In this document: piece after piece, positions 17,254-23,418 of the stretch
Layout: each line of letters begins with the position of its first letter
How positions within the stretch are numbered: position 1 is the first letter of the stretch
Assembly (NCBI GenBank): GCA_002085385.1
Contig: NATO01000038.1
Span: forward strand, 1 to 27,823
Reading direction: 5' to 3'
Source of the DNA: a candidate division Zixibacteria bacterium 4484_93
GTDB lineage: Bacteria > UBP14 > UBA6098 > 4484-93
DNA: 27,823 bases
Notes under the pieces: generated by a model
Seen by the model: the letters and a program-made list of their open reading frames with translations, nothing else
The model's database searches: none
What the model was told of the DNA's origin: nothing
Program-made: the position numbers and the translations under genes

Positions 17254-18804
17254 TTATATCTTCTCGGAGATCGCCTTCGCCTGCAGGAAGAGGAGCAAGT
17301 AGTCCCTTCCACCCGCTTTGGAGTCCGTGCCAGACATATTGAACCCGCCGAACGGATGAACACCAACCAAAGCGGCGGTGCACTTGCGATTGATATACAG
17401 GTTCCCTGCAAATAACCTCTTCTTCGCATCCTGTATCCGGAACCGGTCATTGGAATAGAATGCACCCGTTAGTCCATAATCCGTCCCGTTGGCAATTCGT
17501 ACTATATCATCGTAATCGTTTGCCTTTATTATCGAGACGACCGGCCCAAATATTTCCTCCTGCGCAATTCTTGCTGTGTCAGGGACATCGACAAATACGG
17601 TAGGAGCAAGGAAATATCCAGCATTGGAGAGCTTTTCACCACCGATAGCAAGCCTCGCTTCAGACCTACCTATATCGACATAGCGCATTATCTTATCCTC
17701 GGCTGCTGCGTTGACCACAGGTCCCATATAGTAGTTGTCTTTGTGAACAGGACCGACAGTGAGCTTCCGGGTAAGCTCCAGAACATTATCAACAACCTTA
17801 TCGTAAATATCCTTATGGATAATTGCTCTCGAACCGGCGGAGCACTTTTGCCCCTGAAATCCGAAGGCAGATGTCACTATTCCTTTAGCAACGGATTCAG
17901 CATCTGCTGTCTCATCGGCAGCAACAAAGTCCTTGCCACCCATCTCGAGAACCACGCGCTTTATCCATTTCTGACCGGGCAAGACCCTTGCAGCGAGTTC
18001 ATTTATATGGCATCCGACCTCCCTGGAACCTGTGAATGAGATAAACCGCGTCTTCGGATGGGAGACAAGCGCATCACCTATCTTGCCGCCGGGACCAGGG
18101 ATGAAGTTTATCGCCTCCGGTGGCAATCCTGCATCGAGGAGAACCTTAACGAACTGATACCCGATTGTAGGGGAATCCGATGCCGGCTTCAGAACAACGG
18201 TGTTTCCCGTAACGAGTGCAGCGGTTGTCATACCGACAAGTATCGCTCCTGGGAAGTTCCACGGTGGAATGACCGCACCGACACCAAGCGGGATGTAGCG
18301 AAGCTCGTTATATTCACCCAGAAGGGGAGTCAACTCATCAGGAGATTTGCTGTATCTTATCATCTCCCTGCCATAGAACTCCATAAAGTCGATTGCCTCG
18401 CAGACATCGGCATACCCCTCTATCCAGGGTTTCCCGACCTCGAAAACCTCCCAGGCGGTAAGCTCAAATATCCTCTTCCGAGCGAGCTCCGCTGCTTTGA
18501 AAAGAACGATTGCTCTATCCTCTGGGTTATGATTAGCCCAAACAGGGAAATATCTGTTCGCTGCCTCGATAGCATCGTTCACTATATCGGCTGTCGCTTT
18601 GTTGAAAACTCCGACAACCTGCTCCTTCTCGGATGGGTTCCTGCTCTCGAATTTCTCGCTCGATTCTATCCATTTCCCATCGACAAGCAGTTTATACTCA
18701 TTCCCCAGCTGGCTTGCCACACTATCGAGGGCTAATCTCATCTTCTTTGCTACATCGGGGTTCGCAAAATCAACATAAGGCTGGTTTCTAAATGCTGGAT
18801 ACAT
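17254..18804 (-). CDS. pruA: Monofunctional L-glutamate gamma-semialdehyde (delta-1-pyrroline-5-carboxylate) dehydrogenase, RocA/PruA type
   Basis: ATG 18804 with AGGAGG RBS; FRNQPYVDF, IPPWNFP, FTGSREVG, LEMGGKD (catalytic Glu), GQKCSA (catalytic Cys), EEIFGP, HPFGGFNMSGTDSKAGG; 516 aa. Confidence 0.92.
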   Translation of the reverse strand: MYPAFRNQPYVDFANPDVAKKMRLALDSVASQLGNEYKLLVDGKWIESSEKFESRNPSEKEQVVGVFNKATADIVNDAIEAANRYFPVWANHNPEDRAIVLFKAAELARKRIFELTAWEVFEVGKPWIEGYADVCEAIDFMEFYGREMIRYSKSPDELTPLLGEYNELRYIPLGVGAVIPPWNFPGAILVGMTTAALVTGNTVVLKPASDSPTIGYQFVKVLLDAGLPPEAINFIPGPGGKIGDALVSHPKTRFISFTGSREVGCHINELAARVLPGQKWIKRVVLEMGGKDFVAADETADAESVAKGIVTSAFGFQGQKCSAGSRAIIHKDIYDKVVDNVLELTRKLTVGPVHKDNYYMGPVVNAAAEDKIMRYVDIGRSEARLAIGGEKLSNAGYFLAPTVFVDVPDTARIAQEEIFGPVVSIIKANDYDDIVRIANGTDYGLTGAFYSNDRFRIQDAKKRLFAGNLYINRKCTAALVGVHPFGGFNMSGTDSKAGGRDYLLLFLQAKAISEKI

Positions 18805-18847
18805 ACTGTGCCTCCTTTTTACATTTATCTTGCGTTCAAGGTTAATC

Positions 18848-18875
18848 AATATAAATCTTAACAAACCAAAGGCAA
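18848..18875 (-). promoter_or_regulatory. Putative promoter of pruA
   Basis: TTGCCT-N16-TATATT on the minus strand. Confidence 0.45.
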
Positions 18876-18887
18876 GATTTTTTCGGG

Positions 18888-18916
18888 TTGACTTCTGAAG
18901 AAAATTGCATTAGATT
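18888..18916 (+). promoter_or_regulatory. Putative promoter of the secreted mosaic gene
   Basis: TTGACT-N17-TAGATT, the same hexamers as the por promoter. Confidence 0.6.
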
Positions 18917-18941
18917 GCGATTACAGAGAACAAAGGGGAAT

Positions 18942-20447
18942 ATGACTAAACCAAAGAACATTTTGTTTCCCCTGTTGATTGTCTTCGTCCTCTCCGCAAT
19001 TGTTGCCCCGGGTGCCTCTGCCGATACGGTGATAGTTGACGAGAGCGGATATTTTTGTGCGGTGCTCAACTCCACTGGAGCCAGCACCTGTAGTCATGCC
19101 TTTGGAATCTTTGCTCCTGACAGCTTCGATATTGCTGACACCGTTAGAAACCATCTCGGAGACACGCTTTTTATAGGCTATTTCCACGCAGGGACAGAAC
19201 TTATTTTCTTCATTCGGACAATGGGGGGTGTCTGCGGATTTCATCAGTACTTCTCTAATGACACAACAAGATGTCATATATTGGACATAGGAACAAACCA
19301 ATGGCAACTCCGCTTCGAGGACTGGATAGATGGCTCTTTCGACGATGTGGTCGTCGACATATTCCAATGTTCTAGACCACCAGATGTTCACGCAACGATA
19401 ATCGAACCCCTGCCTGACAGCTGGACAAGCTGCTCCGACCAGAAAATAATAATGCATATAAGGTCTCTGGGCACCGAGTGCTTCGGGGAGTTTCTCTCGG
19501 ACAGCGGAGAGGTGCCCGATGTTCTGCTTCTGGGATACTGGGATGGTGATGGCGACCCACTGGGAGATGCCGGATTGTCGGGCATAAACCCATCCGAAGG
19601 GGATGTAACTCTGGGAAAGGTCTGGACAAGGGCTTCCACACATCTTATGCCCCATCCCGAGATGCCCAATATCGGTGGTATAGACTTCACAGACATCTGG
19701 TCAGGTAGCAACCGTATGGCTTATGCCCATTTCTATATATGCTCTCCGGACGAAAGGGACATCTATCTGGTGCTGATGACGGACGATGACCTGATGGTCT
19801 GGTTGGACGGAGATTCCATCTATGCAGAACACTCCCATGTCATAGACGACCCGGACACGATTACGGTTCATCTGAGTGCAGGGTATCATTCGTTTCTTTT
19901 CTGGGTCTGCAACTACCTTACCCATTACTGGTGGGTCAAGTGGCGCTTTGTGGACGAGCTCGGAACCCCTATCACCGACCTCTACTATGCCGTGGATTCG
20001 TTGGAAGCAACAGCGACAGACACATCCTGCCCCATCGATACTGCATCCATAGATTTCACAGTCGAGGGAACACACTATTCTGTCGGCGATGGTTACCTCA
20101 CATTCACCGATGATTCAGTGCTCACCTGGACACCCATACCTCCAGACACATTCGAGGATGGCGACACGGTCTCTGTCTGCCTTATATCTGCAAACGATAC
20201 CTGCGGAGGAACACTTGAGCTACCTGTCTGCTGGAATTTCTATGTCGATTTGACCCCACCTGCTATATGGGAAATCTCTCCTCCACCGGATTCTGTCGTC
20301 TTCGACTCTCTTTCTTCTGTTCGGTTCTGCATATTCGATTCCCTATCCGGTCTCGACACCTCGACTGTCGAGGCTGTATCAGTGCAACCGACACGACCGA
20401 CTACTGCGAAGACAATATACTGGATACCTGTTTCACAATCTATATAG
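18942..20447 (+). CDS. Secreted Cys/Asp-rich mosaic protein, N-terminal part (signal peptide, DUF4114/LecB-like motif, PA14-like domain, Ig-like repeats); the natural frame ends near 20372
   Basis: MTKPKNILFPLLIVFVLSAIVAPGASA signal peptide; FEDWIDGSFDDVVV; TDDDLMVWLDG...VHLSAGYH. After SGLDTSTVE the composition turns into an unrelated out-of-frame tail. Confidence 0.75.
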   Translation: MTKPKNILFPLLIVFVLSAIVAPGASADTVIVDESGYFCAVLNSTGASTCSHAFGIFAPDSFDIADTVRNHLGDTLFIGYFHAGTELIFFIRTMGGVCGFHQYFSNDTTRCHILDIGTNQWQLRFEDWIDGSFDDVVVDIFQCSRPPDVHATIIEPLPDSWTSCSDQKIIMHIRSLGTECFGEFLSDSGEVPDVLLLGYWDGDGDPLGDAGLSGINPSEGDVTLGKVWTRASTHLMPHPEMPNIGGIDFTDIWSGSNRMAYAHFYICSPDERDIYLVLMTDDDLMVWLDGDSIYAEHSHVIDDPDTITVHLSAGYHSFLFWVCNYLTHYWWVKWRFVDELGTPITDLYYAVDSLEATATDTSCPIDTASIDFTVEGTHYSVGDGYLTFTDDSVLTWTPIPPDTFEDGDTVSVCLISANDTCGGTLELPVCWNFYVDLTPPAIWEISPPPDSVVFDSLSSVRFCIFDSLSGLDTSTVEAVSVQPTRPTTAKTIYWIPVSQSI

Positions 20448-20986
20448 AGCCCTGTGTGCCAGCAGATGCCTGGGTTATATGCCCACTCCCCTGCGAGTCA
20501 TTCTCATCCTGCTCGACACAGGTAATGATATTCGGCTTCAGAGACCCGATGGGAGGGCAGATAGACACGATGAGGGTCTACTTTACTATTCGTGTGGTTA
20601 ATCGGACAGCGGGTACAGATTCCTCCTATATCCTCTCTGAGCCGACCGACTTCATTGAATTTACGGATGACACAATCGCCACTGTTTGGGGAAACTGGTC
20701 GGACAGAGATAGCGTTACCATATCGCTCGATTCGCTCTACACGAGCTTGGACTGCCGGACAGTCTTCTATGGCTGCCGCTTCAATTCGGACTGTGATGAG
20801 TCGGATGAGTTTTGCAGGAAAGCCACAGGGAATTGCGATGGACCAGGGATATGTGTCGAGCGACCGACTGTCTGCCCAACCTTATGGGACCCTGTCTGTG
20901 GCTGCGATGGCAGAACCTACGCAAACGAATGCGTCGCCCACTCGAGCGGTGTCAATGTCCTGCACTGGGGCGAATGCTCAAAATAA
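20267..20986 (+). CDS. C-terminal part of the same mosaic protein (Ig-like repeat plus Kazal-type protease inhibitor domain); the coding part begins near 20375
   Basis: CISATDTTDYCEDNILDTCF continues the repeat pattern; ends with CPTLWDPVCGCDGRTYANECVAHSSGVNVLHWGEC (Kazal consensus). Confidence 0.78.
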   Translation: MGNLSSTGFCRLRLSFFCSVLHIRFPIRSRHLDCRGCISATDTTDYCEDNILDTCFTIYIEPCVPADAWVICPLPCESFSSCSTQVMIFGFRDPMGGQIDTMRVYFTIRVVNRTAGTDSSYILSEPTDFIEFTDDTIATVWGNWSDRDSVTISLDSLYTSLDCRTVFYGCRFNSDCDESDEFCRKATGNCDGPGICVERPTVCPTLWDPVCGCDGRTYANECVAHSSGVNVLHWGECSK

Positions 20987-20987
20987 A

Positions 20988-22844
20988 TCATTTAAGAAGA
21001 ACAAGCTTCTTGCTTATTTCTCTCCCACCTGAAGATGCCCTGATGAAATAAACACCGGTCGGAGTGTCCTCTGCATCCCAGGTGAAGCGATGAGAACCAG
21101 ATACCAGATTACCTGAAAATATATTTGTAATCCTCTCACCTTTCAGATTGTAGACAGAAACATCCACAAAAGCAGGCTCACCCAGAGCAAATACCAGAGT
21201 TGCAGACGAGTTGAACGGATTGGGGAAACAGGATAGAGCAAACCTCTCAATTCCGTTTATTATGGCATCGGAGATACCTGTCTCGGAAAGGACAAAATCC
21301 TGGTCGGGATAGGTTTCACCCAGCTCTGCCCATAGGTCGATATGGTCGGGGGTGCGCTCACGGTAGAGCGGGTGATACGCTCCAACATACCAGTCCCCAA
21401 AGAAGAGACCATCGAAGGAATAGCTGCCTGAGGCATCAGCTCTAACATAATACCAGCCCTCCTCACTTGGGAGGTCATCTGCTTTGATTATAACATACGC
21501 CCCCTCAACAGGTGTCATATCGGACAGGGTAACCCTGCCAGAGATAGAAGGAAGGGTCGCGGTGACAGCAAAATCATAACCTGTAAGCGAATCCCCATCG
21601 GATACAGAGATAGAATAACTCTCCGGGTCAATCACAGACTCGCCCTCTATGCCAGTAGCCCGAAGAGCATAAGAACCGGGAGCAAGACGCAGCTTGTAAT
21701 TGCCATCTGCATCCGTAGATGTGGAAAAGAATTCTCCGCCCGCTCCAGATTCCGCCTCGATATCCACATCGTAGATACCCCCGTCATCCGTCAGAGCGAC
21801 ACGCCCAGAGACCACACAAGGAAGATAACTAACGGTGAAATCATAACCGAACAGGTCCGAGCCGGCAACAGTAACCATATAATACTCAGGGTCGGTAGCA
21901 TAATCCTCCCCAGCATTCAGGAAAAGATACTCCGACGCCTCCGAGGGAACCCCTATGGAATATTCTCCGCCAGACTCGACAAAACAAAAACTAATTGTTC
22001 CGGATATCATATCACTACCCATAAGAAATATTAGACCCTCATCAAAAGAGTAAGTGTAATCAGGAGGAAGTGTTATGTTTCCGTGAATGAATGTAGTGAA
22101 ACGAGCAATTTCGACATCGCAGGTTACGAGGCTATCGGCGCCGAGATGAACTGAATCAACCTCAAAACTGCTCTCGTGAGTGCCCGTAAGGTCCAGCATC
22201 CCCACAGTATAGTCTCCGGGCTCATCGAGGTTCACCACATAATCGCCATTCTCGTTCGTTATGACAATTCCTTCGGAAAGATCCTCTTCTCCCTCAACTG
22301 GTTCAACCAACACAAGGACATCGGGCACAGGCTCTCCCGTGCCTTCCTCTGTGACCCTGCCTATGATACAGGGCGGCTCCGGCTCCTCCATCACAGGCTC
22401 TCTTGCACTCACCGTAAGGATTGCCGTAGCAGAGGATGCATCCTCGTCCGTCCCACGAATGATGAAATCGATTTCATCAGAGACAAGAAATGACGGCATA
22501 ACCTCCATAAAGAATGTATGCACGAGCCTGCCGTTCACAGTAGAATCGTCATCGCCTGGGATGAGCCAGTCATCATCCTCCCAGCCGATAGATGGGACCC
22601 CATCGATTATGCCGAAATAGTCGAGCGGCTCATCGGTATCATCGATTGTGCCAGAACCGTTCACATCGAGATAAATCTCGATATGCAGAATGTTCCCCGG
22701 CGAGGAGAAATCAGCCTCCATAAGCACATCGCAGGGCGGTGTCACCTCAAGATGCGAGACTCCATCGAGATGGATATAGCTTATCGCAAAAGCAGGCACC
22801 ACAAGGAACAACACCATAGGAAGAACAAAAAGCAGCTTTTTCAT
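20988..22844 (-). CDS. Acidic secreted protein with four carboxypeptidase-regulatory-like/Cna-B-like repeats and a PNPFN (T9SS type-A/FlgD-Ig-like) C-terminal domain
   Basis: AGGAGG RBS; signal peptide MKKLLFVLPMVLFLVVPAFA; four (I/S/H)G(R/N)(V/I)...G.Y...DF repeats; CTD FPNPFNSSATLVF...YNLKGE...TGVYFIR...KKLVLLK. Confidence 0.82.
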   Translation of the reverse strand: MKKLLFVLPMVLFLVVPAFAISYIHLDGVSHLEVTPPCDVLMEADFSSPGNILHIEIYLDVNGSGTIDDTDEPLDYFGIIDGVPSIGWEDDDWLIPGDDDSTVNGRLVHTFFMEVMPSFLVSDEIDFIIRGTDEDASSATAILTVSAREPVMEEPEPPCIIGRVTEEGTGEPVPDVLVLVEPVEGEEDLSEGIVITNENGDYVVNLDEPGDYTVGMLDLTGTHESSFEVDSVHLGADSLVTCDVEIARFTTFIHGNITLPPDYTYSFDEGLIFLMGSDMISGTISFCFVESGGEYSIGVPSEASEYLFLNAGEDYATDPEYYMVTVAGSDLFGYDFTVSYLPCVVSGRVALTDDGGIYDVDIEAESGAGGEFFSTSTDADGNYKLRLAPGSYALRATGIEGESVIDPESYSISVSDGDSLTGYDFAVTATLPSISGRVTLSDMTPVEGAYVIIKADDLPSEEGWYYVRADASGSYSFDGLFFGDWYVGAYHPLYRERTPDHIDLWAELGETYPDQDFVLSETGISDAIINGIERFALSCFPNPFNSSATLVFALGEPAFVDVSVYNLKGERITNIFSGNLVSGSHRFTWDAEDTPTGVYFIRASSGGREISKKLVLLK

Positions 22845-22866
22845 AATTGCACCTCCTGTTTTATCT

Positions 22867-22894
22867 TTTACCTAAGATTACTATTTTAGGTAAA
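22867..22894. promoter_or_regulatory. Perfect 9-bp inverted repeat (TTTACCTAA-N10-TTAGGTAAA), candidate operator
   Basis: Read directly; overlaps the -10 element and predicted start of the promoter for 20988..22844. Confidence 0.45.
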
Positions 22895-22920
22895 GTAAAA
22901 GGGGAAATCTATGAAGTCAA
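22892..22920 (-). promoter_or_regulatory. Putative promoter of the CTD-protein gene
   Basis: TTGACT-N17-TACTTT on the minus strand. Confidence 0.45.
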
Positions 22921-22934
22921 GCAAATTATATATC

Positions 22935-23375
22935 TCAAGACCAGATTATTGCCTTTATGTTCTTCAGCTTATTTTTATGCGTATGCTCAAGTTTTCCCAG
23001 CTCCCTGAAGAGGAGTTGCAGTCGGTGATGAGAAACATTCTCAGCAATATCAAAGAACAGGAGTTCCGTTTCCTCCTGCCTGTGGAGGCATTCTGAGAGA
23101 GCCTCATCTATTGCTACCCTGTCGTTCTTCTTAATCACAACAGCCGTCGATTCGCTCCGAACATCGAGCCCGGTGGTAACTTGCATATCTCCTATAGCAG
23201 ATGCAATCCGCTTGGTGAGAGCTTTTATCCTGTTTGCTTCATCGGCAAGTGTGAGAAAAGCTCTCCGCTGAACCTGGCTCTCACTGTTTAAAGCAATCCT
23301 CACATAAAGCTTATGTCTTGCTTCCTGAAACTCAACGACCTTAGACAGAAGTTTCTTTGCACTGTAGTTTGACAT
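22935..23375 (-). CDS. Ferritin/rubrerythrin-like four-helix-bundle protein with degenerate di-iron ligands
   Basis: 146 aa from ATG 23375; two helix pairs with rubrerythrin spacing (QEARHKLY...FLTLADE / QEETELLF...FRELGKLEHTH). Confidence 0.6.
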   Translation of the reverse strand: MSNYSAKKLLSKVVEFQEARHKLYVRIALNSESQVQRRAFLTLADEANRIKALTKRIASAIGDMQVTTGLDVRSESTAVVIKKNDRVAIDEALSECLHRQEETELLFFDIAENVSHHRLQLLFRELGKLEHTHKNKLKNIKAIIWS

Positions 23376-23418
23376 CTTTACCCTTATCGGATGCGGGCTA
23401 CACAATTTTAAGATAATT

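Noticed and set aside
6367-18735. Other long antisense or alternate-frame ORFs (6367..7041, 11271..12071, 15975..16583, 18058..18735 and similar)
   Set aside because: All lie over well-supported genes on the other strand or frame and have no recognisable protein features.
20361-20385. Programmed ribosomal frameshift or phase variation in the mosaic gene
   Set aside because: No X XXY YYZ slippery site, homopolymer or downstream hairpin; the missing roughly 40 residues point to a deletion.
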